Shown: piece after piece, positions 54,707 to 63,246 of the stretch
How positions within the stretch are numbered: position 1 is the first letter of the stretch
Layout of the letters: each line of letters opens with the position of its first letter
NCBI GenBank assembly: GCA_965200315.1
Contig: OZ241362.1
Span: 1,248,001-1,312,000, forward strand
DNA: 64,000 bases
DNA from: Candidatus Latescibacterota bacterium
GTDB taxonomy: Bacteria; Latescibacterota; UBA2968; UBA8231
Direction of reading: 5' to 3'
Translations under genes and position numbers: made by a program
The notes under the pieces: generated by a model
Told to the model about the DNA's origin: nothing
Seen by the model: only the letters and a program-made list of their open reading frames with translations
Database searches by the model: none

Positions 54707-55936
54707 ATGCTGTACCGCATCGCCGCTATCGGCTTCATTTTTGCCTGCACGAGTGTCGCTTGGATCATCTTGGCCGAGGTCGTCTCGCACCGCACCCACC
54801 AGCAAGACACCAAGCTCAAAGCCGCCGTGGGCCAACTGTGGGGCACTTCCCAATCCCAGCGCGCCCCACTGCTGTACTGGACCACCGAGGAACAAACCCC
54901 TGACGGCCAAGAGACAGAACACTCCAAAGAGCAGCGTCACTTCCTGCCCCTAGAGGCCAGCCGCCTACAAGTCGATCTACACCTTGAACACCGCCGCAAG
55001 GGGCTGCTGTGGCACGCCACCTACCAAGTGGCACTGGACGCCGCCTATACTGCGACCAACGCGACCGACCGTCCCCTCGACCTGACCTTCGATCTGGCCC
55101 TGCCTACTTCCCAAGCGGTGTACGATGATTTCACCCTGTCGATCGACGGCCAACCCATCGCTGCGCTGCCGCTGGCCGAAGGGCACTTGCAACAGCCGTT
55201 GCATTTAGCGCCGGGCCAGAGCCGCCAAATTCGCCTTTCCTACCAATCGCAGGGTTTAGACGAATGGTGGTATCGCTTCGGCGACCACGTCGCGCAAGTC
55301 TCCGATTTCGAGCTAATCATGTACACTGATTTCGACGCCATCGACTTCCCGCACGAAAGCCTGTCGCCCACCCACAAGGAGCGCACTGCCGATGGCTGGC
55401 GGCTCACTTGGCAGTACGACCGGCTGCTCACTGGAGCCTCCCTCGGCATGGTCATGCCCGCCCGCCGCAATCCAGGTCCTTGGGTACAAGACGTAACCCT
55501 AGCCGCGCCCATATCCCTCTTTCTCTTTTTCTTTGTTCTCTTTGTTTTTGCCGCAGTCAAAGGCATCGATATCCATCCGATGAATTACTTCTTCATCGGC
55601 GCGGCTTTTTTCAGCTTTCACTTGCTGTTGGCCTATCTGGCCGACCACTTGCTCATCCACTACGCCTTTTTGCTGGCCGCGGCCGTGTCTGTTTTCTTGG
55701 TCGTCTCCTACATGCGGCTCGTGGTCGGCCTGCGGTTGGCCTTGGTGGAGATAGGCTTAGCCCAATTCATTTACTTGGTGCTCTTCTCCTACACCTTCTT
55801 CTTCGTCGGCTATACCGGCTTGGCCATTACCATCCTGTGCATTATCACGCTCTTCGCCGCCATGCAGTTTACCGGCCGGATGGACTGGTCGGCCGTGTTT
55901 GCCCGGCCGCCAGCCACTCCTCCAAAGTCCGCCTAG
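54707..55936 (+). CDS. creD: Inner membrane protein, CreD family
   Basis: AAGGAGG RBS; N-terminal TM, WG..Q..P, R.KGL, periplasmic domain, then about 6 TM with IHPMNY and FHLLLAYL.DH. Confidence 0.8.
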   Translation: MLYRIAAIGFIFACTSVAWIILAEVVSHRTHQQDTKLKAAVGQLWGTSQSQRAPLLYWTTEEQTPDGQETEHSKEQRHFLPLEASRLQVDLHLEHRRKGLLWHATYQVALDAAYTATNATDRPLDLTFDLALPTSQAVYDDFTLSIDGQPIAALPLAEGHLQQPLHLAPGQSRQIRLSYQSQGLDEWWYRFGDHVAQVSDFELIMYTDFDAIDFPHESLSPTHKERTADGWRLTWQYDRLLTGASLGMVMPARRNPGPWVQDVTLAAPISLFLFFFVLFVFAAVKGIDIHPMNYFFIGAAFFSFHLLLAYLADHLLIHYAFLLAAAVSVFLVVSYMRLVVGLRLALVEIGLAQFIYLVLFSYTFFFVGYTGLAITILCIITLFAAMQFTGRMDWSAVFARPPATPPKSA

Positions 55937-56814
55937 TACCCCTGCAGCCGCGCCGGTACTCCCACCGGCTCCCCATGGCGACACACCACCGGAAAGTGCG
56001 GGCCGGCCGCGGCCATCGGCGCATGGTCGGGCAAATCGACGAACTGCTTCATCAGGTGCTCGCCGCTTTGGTCGAAGCGCGCTGCGCCGGTCATATAGTG
56101 GATGGCAATGGCGCGCCGGGGCCGCGGCGACCGATTGAAGGGCGAGCCGTGCCAAGTCAGGGAATGGTGGAAAGAAACCTCCCCGCGCATCACCGGACAC
56201 GGCCGCGCTTCCACCGTGCGGATCTCGGCGTCGGCTGGCGGGGTAAAGCCCTGTAAGTCCTTGAAGTTTTCCAACAGCGACAAATCCCCCTGCGTACGCA
56301 AAAATGCAATCTGATTGCCCCACTTGTGGCTGCCGGGCACCATCCACATGCAGCCATTTTCCTCGGTCGCATCGTCCAAGGGGATCCACGCCGAGACCGG
56401 CGTCATCGGCTTGATAATCGGCCACAAGGGGGCATCTTGGTGCCAGTGAGTCGAGCCGCCGTAGCGTGCGGGTTTGTACTGAATCTGGTCGTGCCAAACT
56501 TGGAGGTCGGCATGGCCGGTAAGCTGGCTGATACCCCGTACGATAGCTGAGTGGTACATCAGCCGCTCCCAAGCGGGTGCAGCCTCCCAGATATTGACGA
56601 TCTGCCACACGGGATGCTCGCTGACGTTGCCCCCGCCGGCTAGGTCGCGGAAGGATACCGGCTGCGGCTCGCCAGGGGCAAAGCCGTCCGGGCCTTTGGC
56701 CAAAATTTCGTCGAGCGCGGCGCTCAATTCGCCGAGCGCGTCGTCGGAGAGCACGCGGCCGCCGTTGAGAAAGCCGTTGCGGTGGAATTCGTCGATCTGT
56801 GCCTCTGTAAGCAT
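55933..56814 (-). CDS. Phytanoyl-CoA dioxygenase (PhyH) family Fe(II)/2-oxoglutarate oxygenase
   Basis: LT.AQI..F...GFL, KP..G, WHQD, WIPLDDAT.ENGCM..VPGSH, FHHSLTWHGS..N.S..PRRA. Confidence 0.92.
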   Translation of the reverse strand: MLTEAQIDEFHRNGFLNGGRVLSDDALGELSAALDEILAKGPDGFAPGEPQPVSFRDLAGGGNVSEHPVWQIVNIWEAAPAWERLMYHSAIVRGISQLTGHADLQVWHDQIQYKPARYGGSTHWHQDAPLWPIIKPMTPVSAWIPLDDATEENGCMWMVPGSHKWGNQIAFLRTQGDLSLLENFKDLQGFTPPADAEIRTVEARPCPVMRGEVSFHHSLTWHGSPFNRSPRPRRAIAIHYMTGAARFDQSGEHLMKQFVDLPDHAPMAAAGPHFPVVCRHGEPVGVPARLQGY

Positions 56815-56888
56815 TGTCTATCCTTTCACCAACCGTTGGGCAGCGAGTAAAACGTTACACCGACCTGCGGTCGGCGGGCATAGCACTC

Positions 56889-59369
56889 CTACTGCATGCG
56901 CCGGAGCAACTCGCCGCGCGCCTCGTTGAACAGGCCAATCAGCCGCTGGCGGATCGCCTCGTCGCGGAAGACGCCGATCCTTTCGGCCCAAGCAATACCA
57001 CCCTCCATGTGCGTCAGCAGATAATGGCCCTCGGCCGGCGCAAACGCGCAGCGCCGCCCCACGTCGATATAGACCGGCGAAGAATGGGCCATCACCGGCC
57101 CGGCGTCCGTGTAATGCGGACCCCAGCAACGGGCCGCGACCCAGCAGGAAGACTCGGCCCTGAGCTTGAACTTCAGTTCGATCTGCTGGGCACCGGGCGC
57201 GGCGAGCTCGCGCGCAACCGACTCGCCATTGCAAATAAGCTCCAGCCCAGTAAGCGGCCAGACGCTTTCCGCGTTTGCCACCACCTCGACCGTGCCGCCA
57301 TTGCCGGGCAGGTGGATTTCCTCGCCCATCTCCCGCCCCTCGACCTTTAGGTCGATCATCGCGCCGGTGCTGGCAAACGTCTGGCCGCGCCGCACAGCTT
57401 GGCACCAATTGTCAAAGGTAAACTCCTCGCCGTCGCGCAGCTTGACATAGGTGCGCGAGCCGCCCAAAATGCGGCCGTTGGACATCTTGTCGGTGCCGCC
57501 GACAATCGGCAGCTTTTGGCCCACGTTGAGCCAGCGGTAGTAGCCCCGCTCGGCCGAACTGATCGGCTCGCCCTCCCAAATCCAGCACATCTCGCCAGCG
57601 TCGGCGTGGCCCAAGACGATGTTGGCCGCGTTCTCAAAGTCGGGCAGCGGCAGATGCGGCATAATGACCAGCCCGCCCTGTTTTTTGCACTCCTCGGCCC
57701 AGTCGGCCATCAGCGCATCCACCGAGCCGCCGACCCAATCCTCATTGGCCCCGCCGGTACACATAGGCGCGACCAGTTCCTTGAGGCCGAGCAAGCTGAT
57801 GTGCCCGAGCACGTGCTGCCGGTTCTCCTGGCTGACCCAAACCAAGTGCTCGGCGCTGCTGGTCGGTGCCAAGCCGCCGGTAAACTCCTCCCACGAGGTA
57901 AACAGCCGACCCCACTGGCTGGCCAACAAATGCACCACATTGAGGTCTTCGCCAGCGGCCTCTAGGTGGGACGACTGGGAGGAAAGAAAATGCACGTGGG
58001 TATCCCCCGAATAGTAGCCGCGCTGCTTCATGTCAAAGGCGCGTTTGACCTTGAGGGTTAGCGCGTTCTGTCCGGGCTTGATTTCAACTTGCTGGCGCAA
58101 TGGCTGGTACTCAAAGCCGCGCACCACCTCGGCGTACACCGGGCCGATGGGCAAGTCGATCTGGCAGGTGCCGTCGATATATGCGTAGGGCACACCTCCG
58201 GTCTTGCAGTCGCCGCCCATGTCCTCAAACCAAGCAATGTTGACGTCGGCTTGGTGGCCGTGCGGCGCTAGATAGGCTCCGTGCTCAGTGCGAAAGTGGA
58301 CGCGGGTTCCCACGGGCAGGCCAGTATCCGCGTCCTCAACCCGCACGTGGACCCACTGCTTGCCAGCCGGCGCGACGACCTCGATTTGTACCTTGCCTTG
58401 AGCGACCTTCTTCTTGTTGAGCACATCGCCCCAACAAATGCGCTCTTCGTCGTCGCCCGTCTTAATGGCGAGTTGCCCTTGGGTTGATCCGTGGATTTCC
58501 AGATAGCCACCGGCGACCGTCTCTTGGCCACCGCGGCCCCAGCCCGCTTCCTCGGAGGTGAGGAAATCTGCACTCGGCACCCAGAGCTGATCTTGGCGCA
58601 CAATTTCGCCGCGCTCCATTGCCACTTCGGGCGTTCCTGCGGCATCAACCCGCAGCACCACCTCCTGCCGCGCCGGCCAAGCAAAGGGGTCGCGCTCCTC
58701 GTGGCAGAGCGTAATGCCAGCCAACGCCAGTGCCGTAGGGCCAGCCGCCGACACCGCAATCGCCGCAATCTCCTGGTCGGGCGCGGGATTTTCCCAGTCG
58801 TAGAGCCACCAACCCTCGAGGTCGCTGCCCTCGCACGTGAAGGCCCCGGTCTGCACCATGCCATAGCTGTACTCCCGGCTTTCTAGCGGCACCGAGTAGA
58901 AATGGCGGCAGTTGCGACAGAGAAAGGGATGATGCCCCCAAGGCACCTGCACATCGTGGATTTCAAAGCGGCGGCGCAGCGGCTGCTCAACCGAGCTGCC
59001 GTCGGCATAGAGGACGCGATAGGTTCCTATCTCCTCGCCCGTGCCTTCAACCGTGGCCCATTCCCCCGGCACCGGCGCACAAGCGTGGGCATAGAGGATG
59101 CGCCGCGCCGTGGCATTTATCGCAATCTCCGCCGATGCGCTCACCCTAGCCTCTTGCGCCACCAGCACCACGGCCCGGTCAGCACCTGTGGCCGCCAAAC
59201 TAAAGGGCACACCCCAAAACTGCTGCTCGCCCCAAGGCAGCCCCACGAGCGGCGTATTGTCGGGCGCGTCGTCGGGCGCTGGCCAGAGCTTGCCGCCTTC
59301 GGACTCAACATTGCCGGTACTGGCGTTATAGGCCGCGCTCAAATCTAACGGCACAAATGGATTGCTCAT
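56889..59369 (-). CDS. CehA/McbA-family metallohydrolase (full-length carbaryl-hydrolase homologue)
   Basis: GVPF N-domain, YLAPHGH, YAYIDG.C, SGDTHVHFLS, ENRQHVLGHISLLG, MADWAE.C..QGG...MPH, GGTDKM, AHSSPVY. Confidence 0.88.
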   Translation of the reverse strand: MSNPFVPLDLSAAYNASTGNVESEGGKLWPAPDDAPDNTPLVGLPWGEQQFWGVPFSLAATGADRAVVLVAQEARVSASAEIAINATARRILYAHACAPVPGEWATVEGTGEEIGTYRVLYADGSSVEQPLRRRFEIHDVQVPWGHHPFLCRNCRHFYSVPLESREYSYGMVQTGAFTCEGSDLEGWWLYDWENPAPDQEIAAIAVSAAGPTALALAGITLCHEERDPFAWPARQEVVLRVDAAGTPEVAMERGEIVRQDQLWVPSADFLTSEEAGWGRGGQETVAGGYLEIHGSTQGQLAIKTGDDEERICWGDVLNKKKVAQGKVQIEVVAPAGKQWVHVRVEDADTGLPVGTRVHFRTEHGAYLAPHGHQADVNIAWFEDMGGDCKTGGVPYAYIDGTCQIDLPIGPVYAEVVRGFEYQPLRQQVEIKPGQNALTLKVKRAFDMKQRGYYSGDTHVHFLSSQSSHLEAAGEDLNVVHLLASQWGRLFTSWEEFTGGLAPTSSAEHLVWVSQENRQHVLGHISLLGLKELVAPMCTGGANEDWVGGSVDALMADWAEECKKQGGLVIMPHLPLPDFENAANIVLGHADAGEMCWIWEGEPISSAERGYYRWLNVGQKLPIVGGTDKMSNGRILGGSRTYVKLRDGEEFTFDNWCQAVRRGQTFASTGAMIDLKVEGREMGEEIHLPGNGGTVEVVANAESVWPLTGLELICNGESVARELAAPGAQQIELKFKLRAESSCWVAARCWGPHYTDAGPVMAHSSPVYIDVGRRCAFAPAEGHYLLTHMEGGIAWAERIGVFRDEAIRQRLIGLFNEARGELLRRMQ

Positions 59370-59438
59370 TGCAGCTTCCTTTCTACGGTGAATGGCCGCT
59401 CAATATATCCTGAGCCAGAATCTCTGAACAAGGCGGCC

Positions 59439-61922
59439 TTAGTGCGGCACGCCCAACTGGTGCATCCGGCGATGGATCGCCTCTCGCGCTTGCAGGAAGG
59501 GCCGCTCCAGATAGGCGAGGTGATCCGCCTCGCCGTGGTGGTGCGTAATGTCGTCGCGCAGATGCTGGCGGCTATTGTGGCGGATGTAGTGCAGCGAGCC
59601 ATCCACCAAGGTCAGCATGTACTGCGCTGTCTCCTCGTTGAACATCCACCACTGTCCGCCGCAGGCCAGATACACCGGCGAGGTGTGCGCCATGATCCCC
59701 CGGCCCCAACCATCAAAGTGCGGCACACTTTGCTCGTAGCCCGGCCCGCTGCACCGCGCCGCCAGCCACGAGTGGCCCTCCACTTTTACCGCGGCCTTCA
59801 GGCGCAACTTGCGCGTCCCCTTGGCCTCTTCGACAGAGGCCACCACCCTCCCTTCCTGCACCACTTCCAGCGTATGGATCGGCACCACCGACTCGGCCTC
59901 GGCGACCACCTCCACCGTGCCGCCATTGCCCGGTAACTGCATCGTGTCTCCTACTTCGTGGCCATCAACGCTGAAGCGGATCAGCGGGCCGCCGCTGTGG
60001 AAGGTGCGGCCCGCGGCCATGTACTTGCACCAGTTGTCGTAGGTGAACGGCTCGTCCTTGGGAATCTGCACGTAGGTGCGATAGATCCCCACCGGCACAT
60101 CGCTACTCATTTTGTCGGTGCCGCCGACCAGCGGCAGCTTGTACCCGCAATTGAGGTAGCGGTAGTACTCGCCGTGCATGTACGTGCCGTGTCGGAGCAT
60201 CTCCACAGCGTCGGCGCGCCCGGTGGCGATCAGGGCGGCTGGCTCGCCGTTGGGGTTGGGCAAATGCGGGATCACCACGCTGCCGCCCTGCGCCCGGCAG
60301 CGGTCAGCCCACTCGGCCATGGGCACTTCAAGCGTCCCGCCCAGCTCGGCTTCGCCTGGGCCGTCCGAACACCACGGCATCACCGGCTCCTTCAGCCCCA
60401 TGAGGATCAGATGCCCCAAAAAGTGCTGCCTGTTCTCTTGGGACACATAGACAATGTGATCGCCGTTGGCCGTGGCCATCTCGCCACCGGTAAATTCCTC
60501 GGTATTGGTAAACAGCCCACCCCACTGGGATTGCAGCAGATTGACTACGTTCAAGTCCTCGCCCTGCGCCTCGGTGAGGCTGCCCTGCGCCGACAGGAAA
60601 TGCACGTGCGAGTCGCCGCTGTACCAGCCTTCCTCGTTCATCTGCCGCCAGCGCTTCAGCCGGAGATCCAAGGTGCGCTGGCCTGGCGCAATCTCTACTT
60701 TGGCGCGCAGCGGCTCGTATTCGTAGCCACGCGCCACATCCACGATCACTTCGCCGCGCGGCAGCCAGCCTTGGCAGGTGCCGTCGATGTACGCATAGGT
60801 GATCTGCCCCAAGCGCACATCGCCGCCCACATCGAAGTGCCAAGTCCCCATGTTGGAGTTGACGTGGGCGTGGTGGCCGTGCGGGGCGTAGGGAATGCCC
60901 TCTGGCGAGCGGAAGTGGACGCGGCAGGGCACGGGTTTCCCAGTGGCGTCGTCAATGACCTTGGTATGCACCCAGTTGCGCCCGCGCTCCACCACTTCTA
61001 GCTGCACTCGCGGCGAAGCCTCTACGCGGCCCTGCTGCCGCACCTGTTCCCAGCGGGCCTCGCCCAACACTTCCCCGTCGCGCTTGACCTGCACAGTGGC
61101 CGAAGGATTGGCGGCAATTTCCACGTATGAAGGGCTGCTGCCCTCGTTTTGAGCTTCGCCCCAGCCTTTGCGTCCGCTGAGGAAATCCTCGGCCGTTGAC
61201 TCCGGCAATGGGTAGGGATAGGTCGCAACGCCGCGATCGACTTCCACTTCAAGAGCGGCGGACTGGCGTGCGTCCTCCGCTTGCGGCAAGGTGATGATGA
61301 CCTCGCGCGTACCCTCGCGGCAGATCGGCTCTTCATCCAAGTCGCTCAGGGTGATCCCGCCGATGACAAAGGCCGGCCCCGCGGCCTCGATGGCGATTTT
61401 CTTCAAGCTCTTGTCCGGGCGCGGATTCGGCCACGCCCAGAGCACGAAGTGCTGCGCCCGCCCGCCATTGACCTCGGTCTGGCGACGCCCGGCCATGTCC
61501 CACGGACCTTCGCTACGCGGCAAGAGCTGATCGCCCGTATCTGGCACCGCCACAAACGGCGTGCCGCCATAGGACGCCGGCACCGTCGAGATTTCAAAGC
61601 GATCGCGCACTGGCACCTTGAGCACATCGCCGTCCTCGTAGTGCAGAGCGTATTCAGCTACCAGCGTTGCCAGCGGCCCATTGTCGGCGATCTGCGATTC
61701 CAACAGGCGATGCGCCACAATCATCCAAGTCGCCCGCCGGCCGAGCGGGATTTCCACGCCGGACCGCTCCCCATCGCAGGCGATCAGGCAGCACTCAGCA
61801 TTGCTGCCGAGCACAAACGGCAAGCCGCGAAAGCTTTGTGCGCCGAGCGGCCCTTGGCCTCCCAAGCCGTCCAATCCGGCGTTGTACAGGGCATTCAAAT
61901 CCAGCGGAGTGTAGGTGCCCAT
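59439..61922 (-). CDS. CehA/McbA-family metallohydrolase (tandem paralog)
   Basis: AGGAGG RBS; SGDSHVHFLS, ENRQHFLGH, YYRYLNCGY.LPLVGGTDKM, AHTSPVY, His-rich C-terminus IHRRMHQLGVPH. Confidence 0.88.
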   Translation of the reverse strand: MGTYTPLDLNALYNAGLDGLGGQGPLGAQSFRGLPFVLGSNAECCLIACDGERSGVEIPLGRRATWMIVAHRLLESQIADNGPLATLVAEYALHYEDGDVLKVPVRDRFEISTVPASYGGTPFVAVPDTGDQLLPRSEGPWDMAGRRQTEVNGGRAQHFVLWAWPNPRPDKSLKKIAIEAAGPAFVIGGITLSDLDEEPICREGTREVIITLPQAEDARQSAALEVEVDRGVATYPYPLPESTAEDFLSGRKGWGEAQNEGSSPSYVEIAANPSATVQVKRDGEVLGEARWEQVRQQGRVEASPRVQLEVVERGRNWVHTKVIDDATGKPVPCRVHFRSPEGIPYAPHGHHAHVNSNMGTWHFDVGGDVRLGQITYAYIDGTCQGWLPRGEVIVDVARGYEYEPLRAKVEIAPGQRTLDLRLKRWRQMNEEGWYSGDSHVHFLSAQGSLTEAQGEDLNVVNLLQSQWGGLFTNTEEFTGGEMATANGDHIVYVSQENRQHFLGHLILMGLKEPVMPWCSDGPGEAELGGTLEVPMAEWADRCRAQGGSVVIPHLPNPNGEPAALIATGRADAVEMLRHGTYMHGEYYRYLNCGYKLPLVGGTDKMSSDVPVGIYRTYVQIPKDEPFTYDNWCKYMAAGRTFHSGGPLIRFSVDGHEVGDTMQLPGNGGTVEVVAEAESVVPIHTLEVVQEGRVVASVEEAKGTRKLRLKAAVKVEGHSWLAARCSGPGYEQSVPHFDGWGRGIMAHTSPVYLACGGQWWMFNEETAQYMLTLVDGSLHYIRHNSRQHLRDDITHHHGEADHLAYLERPFLQAREAIHRRMHQLGVPH

Positions 61923-62078
61923 GGTTTCCTCCTTTGAAGTGGTCTTGCGTTTGGGCTGATAAAATGGCTTGAAGGACCGGCTTGTGCAAAAAAAGCAGTC
62001 ATACGGCTAGACGAATCTCGCCCGTACACCAAGGGACGGACGCAGGGATAAAACAGGGCAACCCTTTACCCAACCGCC

Positions 62079-62104
62079 GTAGGAGTCGTCTCTTGTGGCG
62101 ACCC
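62079..62104 (+). repeat. Degenerate GTAG-type REP-like hairpin
   Basis: GTAG-GAGTCGTC-TCTTGT-GGCGACCC imperfect stem. Confidence 0.3.
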
Positions 62105-62234
62105 GCAGACTCACCCAGACAGACCGCTTCTAATCTTGCTCATGTTGATTAGCGAGCATAGACTTCTCTTTAGATTGAAAGGGTTGCGACCCTTCACAGA
62201 TTCGCCTTTAACCGCCGACTCGGAAGGATGGCAT

Positions 62235-62450
62235 ATGCCTAGAAAGTTGCGCGAGGTGCGGCGGGATTACATGCAAGCCGGGTTCATCGAACATAGAGGC
62301 AAGGGTAAGGGGAGCCACAGAAAGTATATCCATCCACTTGGCGTCGTGGCCACGGTGTGTGGCAAGGACAGTGCAGATGCCCATGCGTACCAAGAAAATC
62401 AGCTCAAGAAGAAGTTAGCTGAAGTCCAAAACAGGGAGAAACACCAATGA
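62235..62450 (+). CDS. hicA: HicA-family mRNA interferase toxin
   Basis: MPRKLRE...AGF....GKGSHRKY.HP....TV.G....DA..YQE; 71 aa, basic. Confidence 0.88.
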   Translation: MPRKLREVRRDYMQAGFIEHRGKGKGSHRKYIHPLGVVATVCGKDSADAHAYQENQLKKKLAEVQNREKHQ

Positions 62451-62743
62451 CTGCTCCGATAGATTATAAGAAAATCGCCCATGAGTTTCCGCAGGTGCCT
62501 GAGTGGACTAAGGTCGTGAAGTGGTCACCCGAAGATGGCTCCTACGTGGGCTACATCGAAGGCCCTCTAGGGCCGTGCTGTCACGGCGATGAACCGGAGG
62601 CCGTGCGCGAAGAGCTCGTCGAAATTGAGCGCGAATGGCGGGCCTTACTTGGCATGCCCGAGGTGCCTCGTGCGAGTACTGCTCTCAGCACTTTTTCTGA
62701 ATTCAAGCGGAAACGCAACCAAAGAAATGAATCCCAGATTTAG
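62447..62743 (+). CDS. hicB: HicB-family antitoxin (N-terminal domain; no clear DNA-binding domain)
   Basis: ATGA overlap with hicA; V.WSPED..YVG.......CCHGD....V..EL..I..EW. Confidence 0.8.
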   Translation: MTAPIDYKKIAHEFPQVPEWTKVVKWSPEDGSYVGYIEGPLGPCCHGDEPEAVREELVEIEREWRALLGMPEVPRASTALSTFSEFKRKRNQRNESQI

Positions 62744-62784
62744 ATTTCCACCAATCCACAAGACCCATCTTACGCCTCCAGATG

Positions 62785-63040
62785 ATTTAGAATATGTGGA
62801 CACCTATATCGTAACTAAAGGTGATACTTACAATCTCCAAGTTTGGAATCGAAATCCAGCATCCGACTCTATCCAAGTTGAATACAATTCCGGTGAGACC
62901 TTATCGTCGAAGGATGTCCGATTCGTTTTTCTGCGTGTTGACCCACAGACTCAGACAATAAGCTCAATTCTCATCCTAACTCCAGAGTATATCGAGAATA
63001 GATTCGGACGCTTTGGCAAGCCGACGATTAAACACCAAAT
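62785..63040 (+). pseudogene. Fragment of a probable type II restriction endonuclease
   Basis: AT-rich; EYVDTYIVT.G..YNLQVWNRNP...DVRFVF...ILTPEYIE..FG.FGKPTIKHQ; convergent with an MTase fragment. The family call is from memory and uncertain. Confidence 0.45.
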
Positions 63041-63178
63041 TATTAGTGTATTATCTGGCAGTGAGTTAGCTAAGGCGACTAGTAGTTCTCCAGCGCCACA
63101 GGCCGGATCCAAAACCCTTAGTTCAGGGAGCTGACGAAAATCCGCTTCGGCGACCAATCTCTCTGCGAGAAAGCTTGC
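63040..63178 (-). pseudogene. Fragment of an N6-adenine DNA methyltransferase (motif I region)
   Basis: ASFLAERL...LRVLDPACGAGELLVAL is the SAM-binding motif I of gamma-class amino-MTases; no start and no NPPY motif. Confidence 0.7.
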
Positions 63179-63246
63179 GCCTCCTCTCCCACGCCCGTAC
63201 CTTGGCCGCCAACCGCCTTCCCCGCCCATGCAAGGAGTCTCCCAAG

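Noticed and set aside
62589-63134. 181-aa ORF as an intact gene
   Set aside because: It is a chimera: it overlaps hicB out of frame, then reads the endonuclease-like fragment and the antisense strand of the MTase fragment.
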